Positions 1 to 8,071 of a stretch of DNA of 33,827 nucleotides are shown here, in pieces (position 1 is the first letter of the stretch; the number at the start of each line of letters is the position of its first letter). The notes below the pieces were generated by a model, which did not search any database, was not told where the DNA came from, and was given only the letters and a program-made list of their open reading frames with translations. Source of the DNA: Candidatus Woesearchaeota archaeon (GTDB taxonomy: Archaea > Nanobdellota > Nanobdellia > Pacearchaeales > GW2011-AR1). Both the position numbers and the translations under genes were made by a program. Where the stretch lies: positions 1 through 33,827 of the forward strand of contig CAZDZI010000004.1 of assembly GCA_964509925.1 (NCBI GenBank), in the 5' to 3' direction.

Positions 1-73
1 TAATTATCTGAAAAATCACTGGGTAGTTTTAGAACCCAACAATAATTAAAAACCTCTTGTTAATCTTTTTTAT

Positions 74-631
74 ATGTTAGATAAAGATATGATTATTTTA
101 GAGATTAAATCTGAATTAAAAGGAAAAGGGGATTTTGTTCAAATAGATAATCTTACTAAACTTCTTAAGGAAAAAATAAGGCCAGAAGTTAGAAAGTTTG
201 TTTATCAAAAACTTGGAGAGATTTATGAGGCTAAAGGAATGTATGTAGATGCTGCTAAAATGTGCCATAATGTGGCTATTGCTTGTATTGCTTTTTCTGA
301 GAAAAGAAATTATCACCTTAAAGAAGCTGAATTATATATTACAGCAGGAAAGTATAATGATGCAGATGAAGCCATGAAAAAAGCTATGAGAGAGGCTAAT
401 GCTCCTGAAAGGGCAGAGATTTTTGTGACAATTAAGGAATTTTATAAAAGACAAGCAGAGGAATTAGAACTTAAAAGAAGAAAGAATCAAGCAACTAAAA
501 TTTATGAAAAACTGTTGAGAATGGTTACTTCAAATGTAGAGAAAAAAGAAATTAAAATTAAATTATTAGAATTATATGATAATCTTGGTATGGTAAGGGA
601 ATATTTGGCTTTGAAGAAAGAGGCAGAATAG
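74..631 (+). CDS. hypothetical alpha-helical (possibly TPR-like) protein
   Basis: 185-aa ATG-initiated ORF with helix-rich, Lys/Glu/Ala-rich composition. I recognise no catalytic motif. The antisense ORF 116..316 is judged spurious. Confidence 0.5.
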   Translation: MLDKDMIILEIKSELKGKGDFVQIDNLTKLLKEKIRPEVRKFVYQKLGEIYEAKGMYVDAAKMCHNVAIACIAFSEKRNYHLKEAELYITAGKYNDADEAMKKAMREANAPERAEIFVTIKEFYKRQAEELELKRRKNQATKIYEKLLRMVTSNVEKKEIKIKLLELYDNLGMVREYLALKKEAE

Positions 632-804
632 TAAAGCTTATATACTAAAAGCTTCTTTTATAAAGTATTAGAAGATATCATTAGATTATTATATCACAAT
701 CACAAACAATTCACACTCATTGTGTTGAAATTATTAGGTAAGTGAACTAGTTGATAACTGGTTTAAAAGATATTTCTAAATTAATTAAATATGGAGAAAA
801 TAAA

Positions 805-1959
805 ATGGCAAAAATAAGCCCAGTATCTATAAAATACATGATACATGTGAGTTTTGTAGCTGAGGGTGCATTAGAAAAGCCAGATGTAATTGGAGCTGTA
901 TTTGGGCAAACAGAAGGTTTGCTTGGAGCAGATTTAGAAATGAGAGAACTTCAAAAAGAAGGAAAAATAGGGAGAATTGAAGTTGACTTAGAGAGAAAGG
1001 GAAAGCAAACTACTGGAATAATTAGTATTCCTACTGCTTTAGACCGATCTGAGACTACTCTTATTGCTGCTGCAGTAGAAACTATTGAAAGAATAGGTCC
1101 TAGTGATGCTCAAATAGAAGTTGAAAAGATTGAAGATGTAAGAGGAAGTAAAAGAGATTACATCTTAGAAAGAGCTAAAAAGCTTATGAAAGAAATCGAA
1201 GGAAGCTCAGATTCACGAGAGATTTCTAAGGAAATCAAAGAATCTGTAAGAATGGGAGATGTTGAGCTTTATGGGAAAGACAAATTACCTAGCGGAGATT
1301 TATCTGGCAAAGAAGTTGTTGTTGTTGAAGGGAGAGCAGATGTTCTTAATTTATTAAGACATGGTGTGAAAAATGTTATTGCAATGAATGGAACAAAATT
1401 ACCTGAAACAATAAAAGAACTAAGTAATGAAAAATCAATTATTTTGTTTGTTGATGGTGACAGAGGAGGAAAATTAATTATCCAAAATGTTACTGACAAT
1501 GCAAAAGTTGAAAGCATTGCTATTGCACCTGATGGAAAAGAAGTTGAAGAACTTGCAGGAAAAGAAGTACTTATAGCATTAAGAAAGAAAATTTCTGTTG
1601 ATGAATACTTTGGAAAATCTAGAAGAGCTCCGATTAGAAGAAGAGAAGAGGAGCCTCTAGAATCTGTAAAAGTTAATATTGGAGACTCAGAAAAAAAGAC
1701 ACTTACTGAACTTTCAGATAAAAACAAGGGAAGTGGAAAAGCAATTCTTTTAGATAGTTCTCTTAATGAACTGAAAAGTATTCCTGTAAAGACTCTTGGA
1801 GGAACATTAAGAAGAATGAGAAATAAACCTTCAATAATGATTTTTGATGGAACTGTAACCAGTTCTACAATTAGAGCTTCAGAAGACTCAGGTATGCAAG
1901 TTATTGTTGCAAAGAACTTTGCGACAACAGATACAAATATTCAATTATTAAGTTTATAA
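805..1959 (+). CDS. dnaG: archaeal DnaG-type primase (Toprim domain protein)
   Basis: From Met19 of the tracked ORF, MAKISPVSIKYMIHVSFVAEGALEKPDVIGAVFGQTEGLLG matches the conserved archaeal DnaG N-terminus. Toprim signatures VVVVEGRADVLNLLRHG and ILFVDGDRGG are present. The tracked ORF starts at TTG 751; ATG 805 is preferred because GGAG (793-796) lies 8 nt upstream. Confidence 0.85.
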   Translation: MAKISPVSIKYMIHVSFVAEGALEKPDVIGAVFGQTEGLLGADLEMRELQKEGKIGRIEVDLERKGKQTTGIISIPTALDRSETTLIAAAVETIERIGPSDAQIEVEKIEDVRGSKRDYILERAKKLMKEIEGSSDSREISKEIKESVRMGDVELYGKDKLPSGDLSGKEVVVVEGRADVLNLLRHGVKNVIAMNGTKLPETIKELSNEKSIILFVDGDRGGKLIIQNVTDNAKVESIAIAPDGKEVEELAGKEVLIALRKKISVDEYFGKSRRAPIRRREEEPLESVKVNIGDSEKKTLTELSDKNKGSGKAILLDSSLNELKSIPVKTLGGTLRRMRNKPSIMIFDGTVTSSTIRASEDSGMQVIVAKNFATTDTNIQLLSL

Positions 1960-1972
1960 TTTTTTAAACAAT

Positions 1973-1998
1973 GGCCTTAGGGCCTTTTTTTATTTTTT
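1973..1998 (+). terminator. GC hairpin (GGCC-TTAG-GGCC) followed by oligo-T tracts after dnaG
   Basis: The sequence reads ggccttagggcc, then ttttttt a tttttt, directly after the dnaG stop. Archaeal RNA polymerase terminates at oligo-T runs. Confidence 0.45.
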
Positions 1999-2025
1999 GA
2001 AAAGTTTTATATATATAATTCTATA

Positions 2026-2484
2026 ATGGAATTCATGGAAAAAGGGGATTGGATTGCAATTATGGCAATTGTATTGATTGTGGTAATAGGATTGGCTGTG
2101 TATTTTACATTCTTTTTTTCATATACTTGTGATGATTTATCATGTTATCAAGCACATCAAAAAGAGTGTGTTAAAACTAAATTTATAAATGACCAAGAAG
2201 AAATTACTTGGGGATATAAGATAAAGGGTATAGATGATAAAAGATGCGTTGTAAATGTAAATGCATTAAGTATTAAAGAAGGAGAAGCAAATAATCAAAA
2301 ACTTATTGGAAAAGAAATGGATTGTTATCTTCCACTAAATAGTGCTGTAGCTCCTGAATCAGATATTTCAAGGTGTCATGGTAGGTTAAAAGAAGAACTT
2401 CAAAATTCTATAATTCAAAAGCTTCATTCTTATATTCTAGAGAATGTTGGACAGATAAGTGAAGAGCTTGAGGAAATTATTTAA
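2026..2484 (+). CDS. membrane-anchored Cys-containing hypothetical protein
   Basis: One N-terminal TM helix (WIAIMAIVLIVVIGLAVYFTFFF) is followed by a Cys-containing soluble domain. A BRE/TATA-like aaagttttatatatat (2001-2016) sits so close that the mRNA may be leaderless, starting at Met4 (2035). Confidence 0.5.
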   Translation: MEFMEKGDWIAIMAIVLIVVIGLAVYFTFFFSYTCDDLSCYQAHQKECVKTKFINDQEEITWGYKIKGIDDKRCVVNVNALSIKEGEANNQKLIGKEMDCYLPLNSAVAPESDISRCHGRLKEELQNSIIQKLHSYILENVGQISEELEEII

Positions 2485-2622
2485 TTCTAAAAAAGAAAAT
2501 CCCGACTATAAAATAGTATTAAAAGGAAAAATAACTCCTTGTAACTAACACTTAGTGTAATTTTGAAGTTACTTAAAACTGTTGTCACCGTAAAGTTTAT
2601 AAAGAAAATAAGGCACGCTTTA

Positions 2623-2649
2623 TATACAGAAAAACAATTTTTCTGTATA
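2623..2649. promoter_or_regulatory. perfect 12-bp inverted repeat (TATACAGAAAAA-caa-TTTTTCTGTATA) upstream of the surface-protein gene
   Basis: Read directly from the sequence. It lies 28 nt upstream of ATG 2677 and about 20 nt downstream of the TATA-like aaagtttataaag (2592-2604), so it is at or near the predicted transcription start. Confidence 0.45.
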
Positions 2650-2676
2650 ATTAAAATGTATACAAAATACCATAAA

Positions 2677-3816
2677 ATGAACGCAAAGAAACTTATGGTT
2701 TCTTTTCTTGCAGTTGCTTTAGTATTAACTCTAGTAGCTACTGTAAGTGCCGCTACAGATATTGCTAATAACATAACTGTAAAGGTAAATGATGAAGATG
2801 CTGTTTACAATGATTTATCAGTTATTGCTGGTGAAACTGTAAATGTTAGAGTTGCTTTTAGTGCTCTATCTGATGCATCTGATGTGACTGTTAAAGCTGA
2901 AATTGAAGGTAATAAAGTTGATGTTAGTGAATTAACTGCTTCTTTCAATGTTGAAGAAGGAAGAAAATATGTTAAAACATTAAGTCTTGAAGTTCCTTAT
3001 GAACTTAAAGATGATCTTAGTGATGACATCTTACTTACTGTTACTGTTAAAGAAGACGGTAATTCTAAGACTGTAGTTGAATACGCTCTTAGAGTTCAAA
3101 GACCTTCATACAATGCAAATGTTATGTCAATTGTAACTCCAAATGCTGTTGAAGCTGGTGAAAATTTCCCAGTAGATATTGTATTAAAGAATGTTGGTTA
3201 CAATGACTTAGATGATTTGTATGTATCAGCTAAAATCACAGCTATTGATGGTGTTGAAAGAACTGTTTACTTCGGTGACCTAGTGGCTCTTGAAGATAAT
3301 TCTGAAAACGATGATGATTCAGAAACTACTACTGGTAGAATCTTCTTAGAAATGCCATTTAACGCAGAAGCAGGAATTTACGTACTTAAAGTTGAAGTTT
3401 TTAACGATGACTTTGAAGTAAGTAAAATGAAGCAAATTGTTGTGGAAAATGAATTCCCTAGTGAAGTAATGAAGGCAGGTAATGACTTGCTTATTGTTAA
3501 CCCAACTGAAAAGTTGAAAATTTACAAGGTTGTTTTCCCTAACACTGAAAGCTTTGTTACTGTCTCAGCAGGTTCAAGTAAAATAGTAGAAGTTACTCCA
3601 AACTCAGAAGAATACACAGTTAATGTGTTGACTATGAACGGAGAACTTGTTGACTCTTTCACATTTCAATCTGTTGAAGCAACATCAGTTACAAGTCCAA
3701 TTGTAGTATTAACTGTTATACTAGCAATAATCTTTTTAGTATTGTTAGTTGTGTTAATAGTATTGATTGGAAAGAAACCTGAAAAAGCTGAAGAATTCGG
3801 CGAAAGTTATTACTAA
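2677..3816 (+). CDS. cell-surface (S-layer-like) protein with signal peptide and C-terminal TM anchor
   Basis: Start moved to Met39 of the tracked ORF, giving MNAKKLMVSFLAVALVLTLVATVSA|ATD as a signal peptide. The body is Asp/Val/Thr-rich and beta-rich with two similar Ig/CARDB-like segments. The C-terminal TM is SPIVVLTVILAIIFLVLLVVLIVLIG, followed by a charged tail. Confidence 0.6.
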   Translation: MNAKKLMVSFLAVALVLTLVATVSAATDIANNITVKVNDEDAVYNDLSVIAGETVNVRVAFSALSDASDVTVKAEIEGNKVDVSELTASFNVEEGRKYVKTLSLEVPYELKDDLSDDILLTVTVKEDGNSKTVVEYALRVQRPSYNANVMSIVTPNAVEAGENFPVDIVLKNVGYNDLDDLYVSAKITAIDGVERTVYFGDLVALEDNSENDDDSETTTGRIFLEMPFNAEAGIYVLKVEVFNDDFEVSKMKQIVVENEFPSEVMKAGNDLLIVNPTEKLKIYKVVFPNTESFVTVSAGSSKIVEVTPNSEEYTVNVLTMNGELVDSFTFQSVEATSVTSPIVVLTVILAIIFLVLLVVLIVLIGKKPEKAEEFGESYY

Positions 3817-3915
3817 CTTTCCTTTATTTTTTTTATTTTTTTTATTTCCTTTCTCCCCTAAAATAGGGGATGGAAGATATTTTTTATCTTAGGCCAGAGG
3901 CCTAGGTGAAATACA

Positions 3916-4293
3916 ATGGCAGAACAAAAAACCATATTATATTTTGAAGATGATCCTGGAGTAATTATGATGGCAGAAGATATTCTTGGTGAAAAATTTC
4001 CAAATCATAAATTAATAATTGATAAAGGTAAGGGAAATGCTTCTGAATGTGCTGATAGAGTTTTAGAAGATATTGGAGGCATTGAAAAAATAACTATTGC
4101 TATTACTGATGGTAATTTATTAAATTGTTCTGGGTGGGAAGTTATAAAGGAATTAAGAGATAGAGGTTATAACGGAAACGCGGTTTATGCTGGATTTGCA
4201 GACTTGCCAAAAGAATTTGAAAACCTATATCAAAAAAGAGTTGATAAGTTTAGTTTAGGTTCTGAATTAAAGACATTAGAACTTAATAATTAA
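3916..4293 (+). CDS. stand-alone CheY-like receiver domain protein (putative)
   Basis: At 125 aa it has receiver-domain size. It begins KTILYFEDDPG (acidic pair), has IAITDGNL as a candidate phospho-acceptor Asp, then GWEVIKELR. AGGTGA lies 7 nt upstream of the ATG. No kinase gene is in the window. Confidence 0.5.
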   Translation: MAEQKTILYFEDDPGVIMMAEDILGEKFPNHKLIIDKGKGNASECADRVLEDIGGIEKITIAITDGNLLNCSGWEVIKELRDRGYNGNAVYAGFADLPKEFENLYQKRVDKFSLGSELKTLELNN

Positions 4294-7151
4294 ATCTTCA
4301 AACTAACAATTTTAGATACACCATCATGCATACTAATTCCATATAGATTAGTTGCATTAGTAATTATTTCATCATTATGTGTTATAACTATATATTGTCC
4401 TTTTTGCATGTATTTTGTTAATAAACTAGCTAAACGCTCTGAGTTTCTTTTATCTAATGCAGCATCTATTTCGTCTAAGATATAAAAGCAATAAGGATTT
4501 AATTCTTGTATTGCAAAGATTAATGAAAGAGCCACAAGTGTTTGTTCTCCTCCTGAAAGAGATGTAACATCAAAGTATTTCCCGTGTCCTGTTTTAACAA
4601 GTATATTTACTCCTCCATCAAAAGGGTCTTTTCTGTTTTCTAATTCTAATGTTACTTGCCCCTTAGTTGAAAGTTGAGAAAAATTCCTAGAGAAAATATC
4701 ATTTAATTGCTCTAGTGTTTTTAAGAAAGTCTTTTTCTTTTTAATATCAATTTCATGAATTATCTTAAATATTCCTTGTTTTTCTTCAGCTAATACTTCT
4801 ACCTTTTCTTTAACTGAATCATATTCTTTTTTAATTTCATCATATACATCTAAAGAACGAAGATTTACACTTCCAATCTTATTTAATATTTCTTGTATCT
4901 TGTTTAATTTATGTAAGAGGGTTTCTTTTGAAGCTTTGATTAATTGAATATCTTTAAACTCAAGCATTTCCATTTCTAAATTTTCTATTTCAGCCCCAAT
5001 TCTGGCTTTTTCAATTTTATAATTATTTGCATCTTGTTCTAAATTATATGTTAAATTTTGTTTTAAGGATAACTCAGAATCTCCTTGTCTTATTTTAACT
5101 TGTAAAGAGTCTCTTTCTGAAATAAGTTTTTTGAATTTCTTTGCAAGTTCTTCGTCTTGTTGTCTTTTTTTGTTTAATGACTCTTCTTTTTGATTAATTT
5201 GTTCTTTTACTCTTGCAATTTCTTCATTTAAGTCTTCTTCTTCTCTTAATACTTGTTTTAGTGCTATTTTTGAACGTTCAAATTCACGTTGCTTAAATGA
5301 AATTTCTGAATTAACATTTTCTTTTGTTCTTAAAGAAATCTCTTGGATTTCAACTCTTGCTGTTTCATATTTTTGCTCAATATTTGAATTCTCATCAAAA
5401 TTAGCTTCTAAATATTTTCTTCTTTTTTCTAAATCTGTTAATTCATTTTCAGTTTTTTGTATTTTTTCTCTTAATGCTTTAATCTGCTCTTTTTTGCTAT
5501 CTATATTTGATAATTTTATTAAATCTGACTCACGTTTTGAAAGTTGATTTGATATTGATTCTATGTCCTGTTTCAATACTTTTCTTTTTGATTTAATGTC
5601 ATTAAGTTTCTTAGAAGACTCTTCAATTTCTTTTTTTAATGAAATTATTTTTGGTAGAACTTCATCTTTAATTCCTTTAATATGTTCAAGAGTTATTTTA
5701 TTTTTACATAATGGACAAATATCCATTTTTGCTATATTTTCTACTATTTTATTTTGCTTTCCTATTTCATATTCATTTGTGTGGGCAACTTTTCCAAGTT
5801 CTTGTTCTGATTTTTCAAGATTAAATAGTAAATCTTTTTTACCTTGCAATTGAACTCTTAATTCTGAAATTTTATTTGAAGAAGTTTTTACATCAAATAA
5901 CTCTGAGCTTAAAGATTCAAGTTCTTTTAATATAAAATTTGATTCATTTTTAAATCCAGATAAAAGATTTTTTTTATCTTGTACTCTTTCTAATATAGAT
6001 TTAAGTTCTGACTTAATCATATAGAATTTTTTTCTTTGTTCTTCAAGCTTTTCAAGTTCTTTTTTCTTTGATTCAATATCTTTTAGTTTTTGGGTATTGC
6101 TTGGAGTAGATGATTTTTGGAGTTCTTTTAATTCTAACTCATTCTCTCTAATAGAATTTTTCAGTTCTTGTTTTTGATTTTCAATTTCAGATAGTTTTCT
6201 TTCAGAATTTTCTAATTTAACTGTTAATCCAGCAAGTTCTGCTCTTAAATTAGCTATTTCTTGATTTAATTTTTCTTGTTCAAATCCAGTAGATTTTTGT
6301 ATTGTTGAATTAATTGTATCTATTTTAAGTTCATAATCTCTTATTACTGTTTCAAGATTTGTAATAATCTTTTTTACTTTTATTATTTCATTACCTCTTT
6401 TTTCTATCTCAAAATCAATTCCCTTCATCTCCTTTTGTTTTTTAGATAAATCATAATAAATTGCACTTGCCTTAAACCTTTCAGCATCTTTTTGTAATTT
6501 TTTATATCTTAATGCTTGTTGCCTTTCCTTTTCAAGATTATTCAAATATGCTGTTCTTTCTCTTAATACTGCCATAACTTCTTTTAGTCTTTCTTCTGTC
6601 TTATCTAATTCTTTGAGAGATTTTTGTTTTCGTGATTCATAAATTGAAATTCCAGATACTTCTTCTATTACTTTTCTTCTTTCTTCATTATGCATTCTAG
6701 CAAAATTCTGTATTTCACCTTGTAAAATTATATTAAATCCATTTGGATCAATTCCTGCCTGAGCCAATAGAGATAATACTTCTTGTCTTGTTTTAGTTTC
6801 TTGATTTATTTTATAGATGCTTTGTCCGTTTCTTCTTACTATTCTTTTTATTGAAACTTCTTTTTTATCTATTGAAAAAGTATTATCTGAATTATCAAAA
6901 ACAATCTCTACCTTTGCTTCTTTTGCTGGACCTACTGCTTTTGTTCCTAAAAAGATAAGATTTCTTGCTTTTGCAGCCCTCATTGACTTTATTGATAATC
7001 TACCTAAAACAAAACATAAGGCATCTGAGATATTAGATTTTCCAGATCCATTTGGTCCTAATACACAATTTATTCCAGGTGTAAAAGGTAATTCTGTTTT
7101 TCTTACAAAACTCTTGAATCCTTGCATCACCAATTTTTTAATATAAGCCAT
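4290..7151 (-). CDS. smc: SMC-family ATPase with central CxxC (Rad50-type) zinc hook and no recognisable hinge domain
   Basis: Start set at Met12 (MAYIKKLVMQGFKSF, typical SMC N-terminus). SMC-type motifs are Walker A GPNGSGKSN, SMRAAKARNLIF, Q-loop region ILQGEIQNFARMHNEERRKVIEEVSGI, signature LSGGEQTLVALSLIFAIQ, Walker B FYILDEIDAALD and the C-terminal GISMHDGVSKIVSL. The central ~600 aa is uninterrupted coiled-coil-like sequence, with CPLC encoded at 5706-5717. Confidence 0.8.
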   Translation of the reverse strand: MAYIKKLVMQGFKSFVRKTELPFTPGINCVLGPNGSGKSNISDALCFVLGRLSIKSMRAAKARNLIFLGTKAVGPAKEAKVEIVFDNSDNTFSIDKKEVSIKRIVRRNGQSIYKINQETKTRQEVLSLLAQAGIDPNGFNIILQGEIQNFARMHNEERRKVIEEVSGISIYESRKQKSLKELDKTEERLKEVMAVLRERTAYLNNLEKERQQALRYKKLQKDAERFKASAIYYDLSKKQKEMKGIDFEIEKRGNEIIKVKKIITNLETVIRDYELKIDTINSTIQKSTGFEQEKLNQEIANLRAELAGLTVKLENSERKLSEIENQKQELKNSIRENELELKELQKSSTPSNTQKLKDIESKKKELEKLEEQRKKFYMIKSELKSILERVQDKKNLLSGFKNESNFILKELESLSSELFDVKTSSNKISELRVQLQGKKDLLFNLEKSEQELGKVAHTNEYEIGKQNKIVENIAKMDICPLCKNKITLEHIKGIKDEVLPKIISLKKEIEESSKKLNDIKSKRKVLKQDIESISNQLSKRESDLIKLSNIDSKKEQIKALREKIQKTENELTDLEKRRKYLEANFDENSNIEQKYETARVEIQEISLRTKENVNSEISFKQREFERSKIALKQVLREEEDLNEEIARVKEQINQKEESLNKKRQQDEELAKKFKKLISERDSLQVKIRQGDSELSLKQNLTYNLEQDANNYKIEKARIGAEIENLEMEMLEFKDIQLIKASKETLLHKLNKIQEILNKIGSVNLRSLDVYDEIKKEYDSVKEKVEVLAEEKQGIFKIIHEIDIKKKKTFLKTLEQLNDIFSRNFSQLSTKGQVTLELENRKDPFDGGVNILVKTGHGKYFDVTSLSGGEQTLVALSLIFAIQELNPYCFYILDEIDAALDKRNSERLASLLTKYMQKGQYIVITHNDEIITNATNLYGISMHDGVSKIVSLKI

Positions 7152-7160
7152 TTGTAAGAC

Positions 7161-7200
7161 ACCTAACGGTTTCTTCACACTCAACTTCCCTTAAGATAGC
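7161..7200. promoter_or_regulatory. repeated intergenic motif copy A1 (TTCACACTCAA followed by CCCTTAAGATAG)
   Basis: It matches 22451-22490 at 29 of 40 positions, including the blocks acactcaac and taagatag. It lies between the SMC-like start (7151) and the RNase HII stop. Confidence 0.4.
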
Positions 7201-7220
7201 TTCATGAGTGATTAGACACC

Positions 7221-7256
7221 TTTTCTTGACAGTCAACCTCCTTTAAAATTGCTATC
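7221..7256. promoter_or_regulatory. repeated intergenic motif copy A2 (perfect palindrome TTGAC-A-GTCAA followed by CCTCCTTTAAAATTG)
   Basis: cttgacagtcaacct differs at 1 of 15 positions from cttgacactcaacct at 22463-22477. TTGACAGTCAA (7226-7236) is an 11-bp palindrome. Confidence 0.4.
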
Positions 7257-7323
7257 AAGTCTTTATTCAACCCCCTATTATTTATCATAATTAAAAAGAG
7301 TTAAAATAGATTTTTAAACATTG

Positions 7324-7989
7324 TTAGAATAGCCTTCTCTGTCCTAAACTTGCAACTGCCCTTTTCCATGTAACCCAAGTTTTTCTAAAGATTCCTTTAT
7401 TTTCATGCTTTATTGCATTTTTTGCTAAGAACTTACAAGTTAAAGAATCTGAACAATAACCAGAACCAATTTCTTCTCCATATATTTCCTTAAGTTTATC
7501 CATTTCTTTTTCTCTTGTGCTTTTTGCTAAAATAGATGCAGCTGATACTGAAATATGATTTTGGTCTGCTTTGTGTTCACAGCTTATTTCTAAGTTTGAT
7601 AAATTATGTATTTTAGTTTTAAGATAATCTTGCCATTTTAAGATTCCAACAGAAGGGCAATCCACAACTACTTGTAATCTTTTATATCCCTTATTTATTT
7701 TATTGATTATCTTAGCTGTTTTTATTGCTTCTAATTTGTTTAAGTCAATTCCTTCTTTATTTTTACCATCAATCTCAATTGGCGGTGCTAAAACTATTTC
7801 AAAAGTTTCTGCCATTTCTCTGATTTTTTCTGCTAAGAATTCTCTTCTCTTTGGAGTAAGCTTTTTAGAATCAGTAACTCCAAGTTTTTCAAATTCTTTT
7901 TCTGTTTTCTCATCTATTAAACATCCTGCAAGAACCATTGGTCCAATTACTGGTCCACGCCCTGCATCGTCTATTCCTAATTTAAACAT
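7324..7989 (-). CDS. rnhB: ribonuclease HII
   Basis: The N-terminal MFKLGIDDAGRGPVIGPMVLAG is the RNase HII catalytic Asp motif. The length (221 aa) and DSKKLTPKRRE and ASILAK segments are also typical. Confidence 0.85.
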   Translation of the reverse strand: MFKLGIDDAGRGPVIGPMVLAGCLIDEKTEKEFEKLGVTDSKKLTPKRREFLAEKIREMAETFEIVLAPPIEIDGKNKEGIDLNKLEAIKTAKIINKINKGYKRLQVVVDCPSVGILKWQDYLKTKIHNLSNLEISCEHKADQNHISVSAASILAKSTREKEMDKLKEIYGEEIGSGYCSDSLTCKFLAKNAIKHENKGIFRKTWVTWKRAVASLGQRRLF

Positions 7990-8071
7990 CTAAGATGAAA
8001 AAAAGCTGGGTATTTAAAGATGCTTGTAGGAAAAATTGAAAATTATAGAATTAAATTTTTCATGTCAATTT

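Noticed and set aside
1269-1727. 152-aa ORF antisense to dnaG. Similar antisense or shadow ORFs occur at 116-316, 2487-2774, 5563-5853, 6817-7146, 7703-7993, 9218-9838, 12034-12240, 12863-13102, 13256-13438, 14452-14694, 16070-16384, 18149-18349, 18817-19068, 20619-20807, 21177-21461, 30645-30941 and 31892-32077.
   Set aside because: All lie fully inside, and opposite to or out of frame with, well-supported genes. Their composition is low-complexity Ser/Phe/Leu/Ile-rich, as expected when AT-rich coding DNA is read in a non-coding frame. None has a recognisable motif.
4290-4293. 4-nt overlap (TTAA) between the convergent stop codons of the receiver gene and the SMC-like gene.
   Set aside because: This is a trivial consequence of TAA stops on both strands in a compact genome. 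It is not evidence of functional coupling.
4290-7151. Calling the 953-aa ATPase simply Rad50.
   Set aside because: Head-domain motifs (SMRAAKARNLIF, QGEIQNFARM..ERRKVIEEVSGI, GISMHDGVSKIVSL) match SMC rather than Rad50, and no Mre11 gene is adjacent. It is therefore reported as an SMC-like protein with a Rad50-type hook, pending phylogeny.
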